From assembly GCA_964385405.1 (NCBI GenBank), contig CAYLOT010000002.1, positions 62,168 through 126,167 of the forward strand: 64,000 bases of DNA. Reading direction: 5' to 3'. This DNA is from an uncultured Chryseobacterium sp. (GTDB taxonomy: Bacteria; Bacteroidota; Bacteroidia; Flavobacteriales_D; Sanyastnellaceae). Positions 1-9,907 of this stretch are shown here, piece after piece. A program made the translations under genes and the position numbers. The notes below the pieces were generated by a model. It was not told where the DNA came from, did not search any database, and was given only the letters and a program-made list of their open reading frames with translations. Numbering within the stretch: the stretch's first letter is position 1; every line of letters starts with the position of its first letter.

Positions 1-1214
1 CATCGGCATTCACAAGTGGATATAAAGATGAGTCGGCCGTTGGAAAAGGACAGCGTGCGGTGTTGTCTAAGGCGTTCGATTTAAATAAAAAAGGAAGTTT
101 TCCGATTAAGTTGAAATCTTCAATTGGAGAAGAAGTTCAGTTTGAAGCATTTCAGATATATGAATCTGGATTGCTGAATGGGGAGTCGAATGGTGTTTCG
201 AAATACAACTTCAACGTAGATTACATTACTTCAAATTATTTTTTTCAGGTGGAGGCGGAAGTAGTGAAACGCTTGTTCGCAACTACTTCGGTTGGATTGA
301 ACAATACCCAAGCGCGTATTTCGGGAACTTCTCTAAATGCGGCACAGGAATTAGTTTTAATTGACGCATACACAAACGCAAATCCGCAAGCAAGGCTTTA
401 TCCGAATGTAGGAATCAGTTATGCTCTTTCAAGAAATGAAAAATCAGGAGATTGGAATGTCTTCGGTAATTACAGCACAGGAAGCAGCGCGCCAACTGTG
501 TTCGAGCAATACGATTATTCCAATCAGCTTTTGAATACCCGTTTGAGAAATGAATTCGCGCGCAATGTAGAATTCGGAGTGAAGGGAGCGGGCAAGTTGT
601 GGTTTGTTGAATTGAGTTTGTACGATCAACAAATTACAGATGCCATTGTTCCAAAAGCGACTTTGTATAACGGATATTACGCAACTTATATAAATGGTGG
701 AAAGCTCGTTCAACAGGGCTTAGAGGTGTTGGCAAGAAGGACTTGGAATTTCGAAGAGTTCAATTTGAATGCATGGGCTTGCGGTTCTTGGACGAACTAT
801 CAATTGAAAGATGAAAGTGGATCTGGTCGAATGCCTGGTATGCCTTTGGCACAGTGTAACAGTGGTATAAGCTTAAATGAGTTTTATGGTTTTGGTTTGG
901 CGGTTACCAATCAATGGACAGATAGAGCGCCTTTGAACACGGCTCAGACCGAATGGTCTCCTGCACGAAACGTACTGAATTCCGAATTCACGTATGGCCA
1001 TGGCTTCACTAAGATTGATGAAGTGGCCGGGGATTTTGACTTGGTGAAAAGAGTTCGATCCGTTGGTTCAATCAACTTCAATGCAGGGGTTAACAATTTA
1101 TTGAATACAACCTACACGACATTTTATCAATTGAATGGTGTAGGCGGAAGGTTCTTCAATCCTATGCCGAGAAGAAATTTTTATTCGGGAATAACACTGC
1201 GATTCTTCTTGTAA
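1..1214 (+). CDS. 5'-truncated outer-membrane beta-barrel protein (possibly TonB-dependent receptor), C-terminal portion
   Basis: Open frame with no stop from base 3 to 1214, so the gene begins upstream of the window. Composition is N/G/Y/T-rich with alternating amphipathic beta-strands and a terminal aromatic-rich segment (...GITLRFFL). Confidence 0.45.
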   Translation, partial: SAFTSGYKDESAVGKGQRAVLSKAFDLNKKGSFPIKLKSSIGEEVQFEAFQIYESGLLNGESNGVSKYNFNVDYITSNYFFQVEAEVVKRLFATTSVGLNNTQARISGTSLNAAQELVLIDAYTNANPQARLYPNVGISYALSRNEKSGDWNVFGNYSTGSSAPTVFEQYDYSNQLLNTRLRNEFARNVEFGVKGAGKLWFVELSLYDQQITDAIVPKATLYNGYYATYINGGKLVQQGLEVLARRTWNFEEFNLNAWACGSWTNYQLKDESGSGRMPGMPLAQCNSGISLNEFYGFGLAVTNQWTDRAPLNTAQTEWSPARNVLNSEFTYGHGFTKIDEVAGDFDLVKRVRSVGSINFNAGVNNLLNTTYTTFYQLNGVGGRFFNPMPRRNFYSGITLRFFL

Positions 1215-1223
1215 ATTTGCGGC

Positions 1224-1700
1224 ATGTATAGAAAGGCGCTTTTATTCGTTTTACTTACTTCAATTGGAATGCTTGGCTGTAAGCCAACGCCCATTGCTGA
1301 AGCCAACTTCGAATTCGATGAAAGCCTTCAATGGAAAAAGAGCGAGCCCGTTTCGTTGAAATTAGACATTCGAGAAAATGCCGAGCCCTGCGAGTTATAC
1401 CTCGATGTTCGCTACACGACACTTTTTCCTTTCGATAAATTACAATTACACATTAAAGAAGTTTCAGAGCATGGAATAGTTGTTCCGCGCGATGTGACCA
1501 TTGAGATTAAAAATCAGAACGGATTCTTGGGAGACATTAGTGGAGATATAGGTGACATAGAGCGTTTATTGGATTCGAACAAGCAATACGAGGATCATGG
1601 TGTTTACACGTATGAAATTTCGTTCAATCACCCGGTAGATATTTTGTTGGGAATAATGGAACTTCGATTGCGCGCGGTTCCGAAGGAGAAGAAATCATGA
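1224..1700 (+). CDS. small lipoprotein (GldH-like size and lipobox; identity unverified)
   Basis: MYRKALLFVLLTSIGMLGC has a signal peptide plus a lipobox Cys. It is 158 aa and immediately precedes mtaB with a 4-nt overlap. Confidence 0.5.
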   Translation: MYRKALLFVLLTSIGMLGCKPTPIAEANFEFDESLQWKKSEPVSLKLDIRENAEPCELYLDVRYTTLFPFDKLQLHIKEVSEHGIVVPRDVTIEIKNQNGFLGDISGDIGDIERLLDSNKQYEDHGVYTYEISFNHPVDILLGIMELRLRAVPKEKKS

Positions 1701-2950
1701 GAGACTTTAAGACATTTTCATTTCATACGCTCGGATGTAAACTGAACTTTTCTGAGTCGAGCACGTTGGCACGCGACTTTCAAGAACACGGATACGGAAG
1801 AGTAGAGTTGGAGGAAGGTCCAGATGTCTTGGTCATTAACACCTGCAGCGTAACCGACGAAGCAGATCAAAAATGTCGCTATACCGTTCGAAGAGCAAAG
1901 CGTTCCAATCCGAATGTGTTCATTGCTGTAATTGGTTGCTATGCGCAGTTGAAACCTGAGGAGATTTCAAAGATTGAAGGAGTGAATGTTGTATTAGGAG
2001 CGAACGAAAAATTCAATTTGATTGATCGAATTAAGGCCTTTGACGAATCAGAAGGGAAAGTGTTTGCTGGAGAGATTAAGGATGTGAAGGTATTCGTTCC
2101 TTCATTTTCATCTGGAGACAGAACGAGAACCTTTTTGAAGGTTCAAGACGGATGTAATTATTTCTGTGCGTTCTGCACTATACCACTGGCACGTGGTAGA
2201 TCGCGCAGTGCGAATGTGGAAGCTACCGTGGAAGAGGCGAAGAAGGCGATAGCTGGAGGTGCAAAGGAAATTGTTTTAACAGGCGTGAACATCGGGGATT
2301 TTGGAACAGCTCACAACGAAACGTTATTGGATTTAATTCAAAAGCTCGATGAGTTGGAAGGAATTGAGCGATACCGAATTAGCAGTATAGAGCCGAATTT
2401 ATTAACGAATGAAATCATTTCATTTGTAGCAACATCTAAACATTTCATGCCGCATTTTCATATTCCCTTGCAAAGTGGTAGCGATGAAATATTGAAAGGC
2501 ATGCGTCGCAGGTATAGAACTGACTTGTATCGTGAAAGAATATCTTCAATTAAATCTGCTATGCCACATGCGTGTATAGGTGTAGATGTGATTGTTGGCT
2601 TCCCGGGGGAAACCAATGAGTATTTCAATGAGACGTTAGAGTTTCTGAAGGATTTGGACATTTCTTATTTACATATCTTCACTTACAGTGAACGCTCGAA
2701 TACCACTGCTTTACGTATTGAGGATGTTGTTCCCATGGAAGTTCGCAACGAGCGAAATAAGATTCTGCGATTGCTAAGTGCCAAGAAGCGCTCAGCGTTC
2801 GACGCTTCGTTTAAAGGTACCGAGGCAAAAGTTTTGTGGGAGACTGTGAACGATGAAGGGAAAATTTCAGGTTTTACTGAAAATTACATTAAGGTTGAAG
2901 TTCCGTTGGAAGAAGCGCTCTCGAACAGTATAACTACCGTTATTATTTAA
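1697..2950 (+). CDS. mtaB: tRNA methylthiotransferase MtaB (radical SAM, MiaB family)
   Basis: N-terminal MTTase motif FHTLGCKLNFSESS and radical-SAM CNYFCAFCTIP (CxxxCxxC). It has a C-terminal TRAM-like region and is 417 aa. Confidence 0.8.
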   Translation: MRDFKTFSFHTLGCKLNFSESSTLARDFQEHGYGRVELEEGPDVLVINTCSVTDEADQKCRYTVRRAKRSNPNVFIAVIGCYAQLKPEEISKIEGVNVVLGANEKFNLIDRIKAFDESEGKVFAGEIKDVKVFVPSFSSGDRTRTFLKVQDGCNYFCAFCTIPLARGRSRSANVEATVEEAKKAIAGGAKEIVLTGVNIGDFGTAHNETLLDLIQKLDELEGIERYRISSIEPNLLTNEIISFVATSKHFMPHFHIPLQSGSDEILKGMRRRYRTDLYRERISSIKSAMPHACIGVDVIVGFPGETNEYFNETLEFLKDLDISYLHIFTYSERSNTTALRIEDVVPMEVRNERNKILRLLSAKKRSAFDASFKGTEAKVLWETVNDEGKISGFTENYIKVEVPLEEALSNSITTVII

Positions 2951-3815
2951 TTGAAATCAGTTCCTTAAAAGCTGAAGATAACTTTTGAAGAGCAATTGCT
3001 TTGTCGCCACTGTTCAAAGGTTCTGGTGGGCCATAAGGAGTCTTATTCACATCAATGATGTATATCTTATTATTCCCATTGTGTCGAAGAACATCGAATT
3101 CACAAAAGTCAACTTTCATAGCAGCTGCATATTTTTCGATTTGCAAGATTTCTTCTTCAGAAAAAATTTCTTCGGGTTGGTGAAGTGTAGCCGCATGAGC
3201 CTTGTTGGTGAACCTGTTATTTAGTGTTTTGAACTTCAGGTATACCAATGGGATTTTCCCTCCGATAATGGGCACACGTATATCTACGTATTCAGAGTTA
3301 TCATTGGCGTTGTCGAGAACGATTTGATAAACAGCGTTTTCTTTTAGGGTTTCAATAGGACACATGACTTCTTGACCGTCATGAACGGCATTCTCATCAC
3401 TCTTTTCAACCGCAAGACCCACGTGAGTTTTCGGGTCAATGTTCATCGAATATCCTAACGCTTTCAAATGAACCAAGTGAACATGTTCTTTCGAAATGTC
3501 TGAGCAGTTTGTATTTATAACTTCCGAGTCGGGATATTTCAATTGCAGCGCTTCGGAACTACCGTATGTTACATTTTCGAAATAGATAATCACATCTGGG
3601 TTAGATACGAGTTTGTTTGTTAGGCGTACCTTATTCATGCGAGCAATCTTTGAAAGCGTTGTTTTCTTGCTCGGATAGGTAGGGGCCGCCACCCATACGG
3701 GTAATTTGCCTCCGTTTTGAATGAAATAGATTCCCTCTCGAATAAGACATGCAATGTCTTTTGCAATTACCTCAAAGAATGGCATACCCTTGCGGTAGTT
3801 GTTCCTTAATCCCAT
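2943..3815 (-). CDS. hypothetical protein, possibly ATP-grasp fold
   Basis: 290-aa ORF. Its C-terminal KIYIIDVNKTPYGPPEP segment resembles ATP-grasp ligases. No firm motif match. Confidence 0.35.
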   Translation of the reverse strand: MGLRNNYRKGMPFFEVIAKDIACLIREGIYFIQNGGKLPVWVAAPTYPSKKTTLSKIARMNKVRLTNKLVSNPDVIIYFENVTYGSSEALQLKYPDSEVINTNCSDISKEHVHLVHLKALGYSMNIDPKTHVGLAVEKSDENAVHDGQEVMCPIETLKENAVYQIVLDNANDNSEYVDIRVPIIGGKIPLVYLKFKTLNNRFTNKAHAATLHQPEEIFSEEEILQIEKYAAAMKVDFCEFDVLRHNGNNKIYIIDVNKTPYGPPEPLNSGDKAIALQKLSSAFKELISIK

Positions 3816-4444
3816 GTTCTAAATAATTTAGGATTCAATGTTTCTGTAATGAAATCGTTTTTGAGTGATCCACGAGCGGGAGAATATTCTCTTCCGTAAA
3901 AAATAATTTGAAGGTGAAGTTTGTTCCAACTTTCCTCAGGAAATATTTTTTTTGCATCACGTTCTGTTTGTTCTACGGATTTACCATTGGTAAGTTTCCA
4001 ACGGGTCATAAGTCGGTGAATGTGCGTGTCAACAGGAAATGCAGGAACTCCAAAAGCTTGAGACATAACAACGCTTGCAGTTTTATGTCCAACACCGGGA
4101 AGCGCTTCTAATGCTTCAAAAGAAGCTGGCACTTCTCCGTTGTGTTCATTAATTAGGATGTGTGAAAGATTGAAAATGGCTTTACTCTTTGCAGGAGATA
4201 GGCCACAAGGTTTTATAATCTCACGAATTTCTTCAATGCTGAGTTTTATCATGTCGAACGGATTGTTCGCTCGTTTGAAGAGATGGGGAGTTACAATGTT
4301 CACTCGAGCGTCGGTGCATTGCGCCGAAAGCAGAACCGCAATCAACAGAGTAAAGGCATCGGAATGGTCCAGAGGGATGGGAGTTTCTGGATAAAGTTTT
4401 TCAAGTTCGATACGCACAAATTCGGCCGCCTCTTTCTTTCGCAT
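3806..4444 (-). CDS. nth: endonuclease III family DNA glycosylase (HhH-GPD), lacking the C-terminal [4Fe-4S] Cys cluster
   Basis: Nth-like along its length, including LPGVGHKTASVVM (HhH-GPD) and FPVDTHIHRL. The C-terminus ...FYGREYSPARGSLKNDF has no cysteines where CX6CX2CX5C is expected. Confidence 0.8.
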   Translation of the reverse strand: MRKKEAAEFVRIELEKLYPETPIPLDHSDAFTLLIAVLLSAQCTDARVNIVTPHLFKRANNPFDMIKLSIEEIREIIKPCGLSPAKSKAIFNLSHILINEHNGEVPASFEALEALPGVGHKTASVVMSQAFGVPAFPVDTHIHRLMTRWKLTNGKSVEQTERDAKKIFPEESWNKLHLQIIFYGREYSPARGSLKNDFITETLNPKLFRTWD

Positions 4445-4956
4445 CAGGGTGTAAATTGAAATTGTGATTTACTGTTCGTTAAGTACTCTCTTTTTGATTG
4501 TCCACTCCATCTTACTTCTACAATGTTTTGCTGGTCGGCAAAAAGTTCGAGAAGTATGGTGTTCGTTACCACCACTTGGTTGGGATCGAAATAATTTCCT
4601 TCCAAGAAAAGGGTAGTCATGTCATTATCCACGCTGTAACCAAGGAAATTCAAAACAACATTTCTCCCAGCGACTTGAAGGCTTAGTTTTTCACCAATAT
4701 ACTTTTTTACGAGTTCGAATACTTCGGGTGTTTGCGGATAAAGCGAATAGTATCTGTAGCATTGAGCCTCAATGGCATGTTCTAAATCATCGGTAAAAAT
4801 CTTCGAGGTGATTTCGATGGCTCTATTTTGAGCATTAAATTCAATGGTAGTGTTGCTCAAGTAAAACTTGTGAAAAGCAGGAGCATGGGCCTGAAGAGTC
4901 ATTGAAATAAATGCGAAGAAAAGCAAGACAACAGATTTCATAATGCCAAAATACAA
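4444..4956 (-). CDS. secreted hypothetical protein
   Basis: Signal peptide MKSVVLLFFAFISMTLQAHA. 170 aa with no recognisable catalytic motif. Confidence 0.5.
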   Translation of the reverse strand: MYFGIMKSVVLLFFAFISMTLQAHAPAFHKFYLSNTTIEFNAQNRAIEITSKIFTDDLEHAIEAQCYRYYSLYPQTPEVFELVKKYIGEKLSLQVAGRNVVLNFLGYSVDNDMTTLFLEGNYFDPNQVVVTNTILLELFADQQNIVEVRWSGQSKREYLTNSKSQFQFTP

Positions 4957-4987
4957 CGAATTCTTCTTTAGGCCTTACCTTTGAAGC

Positions 4988-6013
4988 ATGTTAAAATGCA
5001 CACTGAATAGTGATGAACTTGCAAAGGCGAAGTCTATTGTAGACAGCGCGCGCAGAATTGTAATCTCTACACATATCTCTCCCGACGGCGATGCCGTTGG
5101 CTCTTCTTGCGCTATGGCGCAAATGCTTGTAAAATTGGGTAAGGAAGTTACTGTTGTACTTCCAGATTCAGCACCGTCTTATTTGGGGTGGATTGCGGGC
5201 AATGAATACGTGGTCGTTTGCAAAGATCAATTGGAAGAAACAGCCAAGCGCATTCAGGAAGCCGATGCAATTTTTATCCTAGATTACAATCATTTGGGAA
5301 GAATAGGAGAGCACGTAAAGAAGATGTTAGATGCTCAGGTTGGAAACAAACCATTCATACTTATTGATCATCACGAGCAACCTGCAACATTTCCAGATGT
5401 AATTTATTCAGACACTCGTATTTGTAGCACATGCGAAATGGTTTTTCATTTCGCAGGCGCAATGAATTGGTTAGACCTCATAGATGTACCAACGGCAGAA
5501 GCCATTTATTGTGGAATAATGACCGACACCATGTCGTTTCGTTTTCCAAGTGTGAGTCCTGAAACGCATGAAATTGCGGCTTGGCTTATGCGCAAAGGAT
5601 TGAGGCCACATGTGGTACATGAAAATGTGCTCGACTCGCAGCGCGTAGATCGCTTGCGTCTTATGGGTTATGCGTTATCGGAATGCATGACTATACTACC
5701 CGAATACAAGGCGGCTTTCATTGCTATAACAAAAGAGAAGTTAGATCAGTTTCAGCCGCAATCGGGCGATACCGAGGGTTTGGTGAATATGGCGCTGAGC
5801 GTTGAAGGAACAACCATTGCAGCTTTTTTCAGAGAAGATGATGATTGCGTTCGAATAAGCTTTAGAAGCAAAGGAGCCCGTGATGTGAATCAAATGGCGC
5901 GCGAACACTTCAATGGCGGCGGACACAAAAACGCGGCAGGTGCGCGCTTGCACGAATCGCTGGAACATACGATTTCGAAATTTAAGGAGTTGTTACAAAA
6001 AGGAGAAATTTGA
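4988..6013 (+). CDS. DHH/DHHA1 phosphoesterase (NrnA-like oligoribonuclease / pAp phosphatase)
   Basis: DHH motifs (SPDGDAVGS, ILIDHHE) and DHHA1 GGGHKNAAGA. Confidence 0.8.
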   Translation: MLKCTLNSDELAKAKSIVDSARRIVISTHISPDGDAVGSSCAMAQMLVKLGKEVTVVLPDSAPSYLGWIAGNEYVVVCKDQLEETAKRIQEADAIFILDYNHLGRIGEHVKKMLDAQVGNKPFILIDHHEQPATFPDVIYSDTRICSTCEMVFHFAGAMNWLDLIDVPTAEAIYCGIMTDTMSFRFPSVSPETHEIAAWLMRKGLRPHVVHENVLDSQRVDRLRLMGYALSECMTILPEYKAAFIAITKEKLDQFQPQSGDTEGLVNMALSVEGTTIAAFFREDDDCVRISFRSKGARDVNQMAREHFNGGGHKNAAGARLHESLEHTISKFKELLQKGEI

Positions 6014-6537
6014 TGAAATACGCGTATTTACTTTTCGCATTCACGGCTATTTTAATGAGTTGCGACAGCTGTTCACAAGAGAAGAAATCGGTGCAGCAAA
6101 TGACGCAGGCGCAAATAGACTCCATGCTCATAGCGCAGAACAGAAATTTTCACGCGCAAGAGAAAGAGCGTATTCAAAAATTTGTAACAGATAAGCAATG
6201 GCCAACAACCATTACGGGAACGGGAATACACTATTGGATCTATCAGCAAGGGGCGGGAGAGACCGTGAAGTCTGAGCAAGTAGCCTTGGTAGAATATGAG
6301 GTTTCTTTGCTCGACGGAACTGTTGTATATAAAAGTAAACCAGGTGAAAAAGTACCGGTGAAAATTGGACACGATAATGTAGAGAGTGGTTTGCACGAGG
6401 CAATGTTGTTACTTCGAAAAGGAGACCGCGCTAAGTTTGTACTTCCGTCATATCGAGCCTTTGGTTTAACAGGTGAGGGCAAAATTCCGATGAACGCATC
6501 GGTTGTTTACGATATTCATTTGGTAGAGATTCAATAA
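6010..6537 (+). CDS. FKBP-type peptidyl-prolyl cis-trans isomerase, lipoprotein
   Basis: Lipobox LMSCDS. FKBP core includes GDRAKFVLPSYRAFGLTGEG and VVYDIHLVEI. Confidence 0.8.
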   Translation: MMKYAYLLFAFTAILMSCDSCSQEKKSVQQMTQAQIDSMLIAQNRNFHAQEKERIQKFVTDKQWPTTITGTGIHYWIYQQGAGETVKSEQVALVEYEVSLLDGTVVYKSKPGEKVPVKIGHDNVESGLHEAMLLLRKGDRAKFVLPSYRAFGLTGEGKIPMNASVVYDIHLVEIQ

Positions 6538-6594
6538 TTTTTTTTGGCATTCAATACAATTTCCTATCTTCAATAATTACCAAGAAATTCTATC

Positions 6595-7512
6595 ATGCTA
6601 AAAACAATTATCCTACTCATTCTTGCCCTAGTCGGACTTCCATTGGTGGCCTATTATCTCGACCCAAGTCTAACAGAAACACAGTGGCATCTCATTAAGG
6701 TTGGTGGGGGTTCCGCACTAATTGTTGCGACGATTTGTTTCTTGTTAGCCGAGCTCACAGGCAACTGCAGTCAAGTTGATAAAATATGGAGTGTTGTTCC
6801 AATTATCTATGTGTGGGAGTATGCGCATCTCACAAACTATCATCCGCGCTTTGTATTAATGGCGATTTTAGTAACCCTTTGGGGAGCACGTCTGACTTAC
6901 AACTTCTCGCGTAGAGGTGCTTACTCGTGGAAATTCTGGAGTGGGGAAGAAGACTATCGTTGGGAGGTGCTTCGTAAAATGCCTATGTTTAATGCGCGAT
7001 GGAAATGGACGTTGTTCAACTTATTCTTCATTTCATTTTATCAAAATATTCTCATTTGGCTAATTACGGTTCCTGCAATTTACGCGCACAAGAGCTCTAT
7101 TGCCCCGCTTGGAACTACTGATTACCTTATTGCAGCAATTTTGCTTTTCTTTTTAATTGTTGAAACAACCGCTGACCAGCAGCAATGGAATTTTCAAAAT
7201 GAAAAACACAGACGTATAAAAGCTGGGACGAATACAGAATTACCTTATTCTAGAGGATTCGTTCATTCAGGGTTGTGGAAACTTATGCGTCACCCAAACT
7301 ACGCTTGTGAGCAAGCCATTTGGATTACCTTCTTTTTCTTCAGCGGAAGCGGAAGTGGAAATTGGTTGAATGGAAGTCTGGTAGGAGCGGTCTTGCTTGT
7401 TTTGTTGTTTCAAGGAAGCGCAGATTTCAGTGAAGGAATCTCGAATTCGAAATACGATTCGTACAAAGATTACATCAAAAGCACACCACGTTTCTTACCC
7501 AAGTTTTGGTAA
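6595..7512 (+). CDS. DUF1295 / steroid-5-alpha-reductase-ICMT-like membrane protein
   Basis: Polytopic membrane protein with WGARLTYNF and LMRHPNY motifs typical of the DUF1295/ICMT superfamily. Confidence 0.6.
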   Translation: MLKTIILLILALVGLPLVAYYLDPSLTETQWHLIKVGGGSALIVATICFLLAELTGNCSQVDKIWSVVPIIYVWEYAHLTNYHPRFVLMAILVTLWGARLTYNFSRRGAYSWKFWSGEEDYRWEVLRKMPMFNARWKWTLFNLFFISFYQNILIWLITVPAIYAHKSSIAPLGTTDYLIAAILLFFLIVETTADQQQWNFQNEKHRRIKAGTNTELPYSRGFVHSGLWKLMRHPNYACEQAIWITFFFFSGSGSGNWLNGSLVGAVLLVLLFQGSADFSEGISNSKYDSYKDYIKSTPRFLPKFW

Positions 7513-8907
7513 TTACATAAAGCGGCTTAAAATTTTCGCCAACCATTCTTTCCCTTTATAAGGCGGATAAATGAGCGAGGTTGTATTGAAAATTCGGCTG
7601 ACATGAACTTCTGATTTTAAATGACAGAATTCAAGGAATCCATGGTAGCCGTGCGAGTAACCCATTCCTGAAAAATTACTTCCGCCGAAGGGCATGCGCA
7701 CATCGCTAATGTGCAAGAAGACATCGTTAATGGTTACACCGCCAGACCACGTGTTGCGGGTAATAAATTTGGTTTCGCGACTGCTGTTTGAAAATACATA
7801 CAGCGCCAAGGGCTTTTCTTTTTCCCGAATGAAATCCACCGCTTCCTCAATATTTTCATATTCAAATACAGGAAGTATAGGTCCGAAAATTTCTTCTTGG
7901 TACACTTTTGTGTCCTTCGAAACATTTCCAACCACAGTTAAGCCGAACAGGCGTTCGGTTGGTTTGTGCTCACCCGCAAAGAGAATTTTACCTCCTGAGT
8001 TTCGTATTTCTTCCACCATACCAACAAGTCTATGAAAATGTTTTTCAGACACAACACTTACCACCTCATCGGAATTCAATTTTCCTTCGAGTGTGTAGTT
8101 TGCATGGTAATTCGTTTTAATATGCCTTACAAATTCTTCCGATTTTCCTTTTGGAAGTAATACATAATCGGGAGCAATGCAGGTTTGTCCAGCGTTGGTG
8201 TATTTCCCCCATAGGATTTTCTTTGCAGCATCTTCGAGGTTATATTCTTTTCCTATAACAACGGGAGATTTCCCGCCAAGTTCGAGCGTAACGCTGGTTA
8301 GGTTTTTCGCGGCGGCACCCATAACCAATTTTCCCACTGTTGGTGATCCGGTAAAGAAGATGTGATTAAAGGGCAAGGCTGTTAATTCAGCTGCAACAGA
8401 ACCATCACCGAGAAAAACAGCTACCTCTTTCGGAAGGAAAGTATCTTCGATAAAGTCTTTAATTGCCTTGCTTACATGCGCTGTGAATTCAGAGGGTTTA
8501 ACGATTGCAGTATTGCCCGCCGCAAGACAAGAAATAAGCGGAGTAAGTGTTAATTGCACAGGATAATTCCACGGCGCAAGAATCAGGCACACGCCCTTTG
8601 ACTCGACATGAATTTTGTTTGAAGCGAGAGGATTGGCCCAATTGATTCCGGGACGAATAGGGGAGATCCATTCGTGCAATTCCTTTCGCACTGCTTTTAA
8701 CTCAGCGAAAATGAGCGAGAACTCTGTGATAGACGATTCGAATGCATGCTTGTTCAAGTCTAATTTTAGCGCATGCGTGAGGTTCGCCTCGTGCTTAAGC
8801 AATCCCTTTTCAAATCTATTCAGAACCTCAACACGGTCTGTTGCGGAACTGTTCTTGTAGAGTAAGGCGTGTTTTTTTTGCAGTTCAAATATTTCAGTGT
8901 AATTCAT
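7513..8907 (-). CDS. NAD(P)-dependent aldehyde dehydrogenase (class 3 / fatty-aldehyde type)
   Basis: ELGGKSP glutamate motif, catalytic Cys in GQTCIAPDYVL, 464 aa. Confidence 0.85.
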   Translation of the reverse strand: MNYTEIFELQKKHALLYKNSSATDRVEVLNRFEKGLLKHEANLTHALKLDLNKHAFESSITEFSLIFAELKAVRKELHEWISPIRPGINWANPLASNKIHVESKGVCLILAPWNYPVQLTLTPLISCLAAGNTAIVKPSEFTAHVSKAIKDFIEDTFLPKEVAVFLGDGSVAAELTALPFNHIFFTGSPTVGKLVMGAAAKNLTSVTLELGGKSPVVIGKEYNLEDAAKKILWGKYTNAGQTCIAPDYVLLPKGKSEEFVRHIKTNYHANYTLEGKLNSDEVVSVVSEKHFHRLVGMVEEIRNSGGKILFAGEHKPTERLFGLTVVGNVSKDTKVYQEEIFGPILPVFEYENIEEAVDFIREKEKPLALYVFSNSSRETKFITRNTWSGGVTINDVFLHISDVRMPFGGSNFSGMGYSHGYHGFLEFCHLKSEVHVSRIFNTTSLIYPPYKGKEWLAKILSRFM

Positions 8908-8916
8908 GGCTGTATA

Positions 8917-9897
8917 TTATTCGTGTTCGCGAATGCTCTTCGTTTCGTGTTCGGTTGGTTCGTCAGATATCTCTTCTTCTTTCACATACCAATCTTGTAA
9001 ATTCGGTTGTCCGGCATCTGACCAAGCACTTAACCACAAGCATCCTAAAGAATAAACAGCCGAACGCATTCTTCGTTCAATCTGGCCGTTTAAAAGTGCA
9101 CTATACGCTTCAGAGAATTCTTTGGAGTAGGTGCGCACCTCTAGGTTGTTGCGCATTTCGTAAGCGTATTTTTTGTTGGAAGGAAATTTCGCTGTTAACT
9201 GCTCTTCAAACTTCAGAACAGAATCAACAGCAGCGTAGCTCTCTTTCAGTCGTTCCCAAATAAAATGCTGCGGAGCGGAAATGTACTCAGCTTGTCCTAC
9301 AAAAAAATCGTATTGAGGAAATTGAATTTCAGGAATGCGACTTTCCCAAAATCCGTGTATTCCTTTCTGATTGGTTTTTTGGCCGTTGTAGTTCGAAGTG
9401 GAATGAAGAGGCACATGCACATCACCCACGTAATGGCCCATTTCCGCTGAAAGTCGCAAAACTTTGTTCACGTCTTTTTCTTCAAAGGCCTTCACGAGTT
9501 TTGAATAAACAAAATATAAATGCCAAGGAACTATGCCATGTGCGCGCAAGCTGTCTTCGCCGTATTTCGTAACAGCATCGCTCCACCGCTCGGGTAAATT
9601 TTCAAAAGGAGAGGAAGTAGTTGCGGTTACATAACGGTCAACATCTAAAAAATGACATTCCGCTTCACCTTTCACGCTGTACCTTCTTTTGTCTGGATCT
9701 ACGCTATGTTCTATCAAGTAGTTCATGTTGTATTTGTAGAATCCGAAAAGGTCCGGAGGAAGGGTATAAATTGCCAACTCATTAATTTTCTTGTGTCCAA
9801 AAAATCCCCAATCTAGACAGACAGGAGGCTTAGGTTCTCGGGCTAATGAGTAAAGAGGAAAACAAAGTATCCAAAGGAGAAAGGACTTCGTTCTCAT
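8917..9897 (-). CDS. secreted zinc-dependent phospholipase C / S1-P1 nuclease superfamily protein
   Basis: Signal peptide, then WGFFGHKKIN (the N-terminal Trp/His zinc ligands of this superfamily) and several His/Asp clusters. Confidence 0.5.
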   Translation of the reverse strand: MRTKSFLLWILCFPLYSLAREPKPPVCLDWGFFGHKKINELAIYTLPPDLFGFYKYNMNYLIEHSVDPDKRRYSVKGEAECHFLDVDRYVTATTSSPFENLPERWSDAVTKYGEDSLRAHGIVPWHLYFVYSKLVKAFEEKDVNKVLRLSAEMGHYVGDVHVPLHSTSNYNGQKTNQKGIHGFWESRIPEIQFPQYDFFVGQAEYISAPQHFIWERLKESYAAVDSVLKFEEQLTAKFPSNKKYAYEMRNNLEVRTYSKEFSEAYSALLNGQIERRMRSAVYSLGCLWLSAWSDAGQPNLQDWYVKEEEISDEPTEHETKSIREHE

Positions 9898-9907
9898 GTG
9901 GAAGGAT

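Noticed and set aside
444-713. Numerous short antisense or embedded ORFs (e.g. 444-713, 2458-2661, 5741-5968, 6073-6396, 18138-18437, 25000-25710, 37002-37632)
   Set aside because: They lie inside well-supported genes on the opposite strand or in an alternative frame, with atypical composition. They are treated as non-coding.
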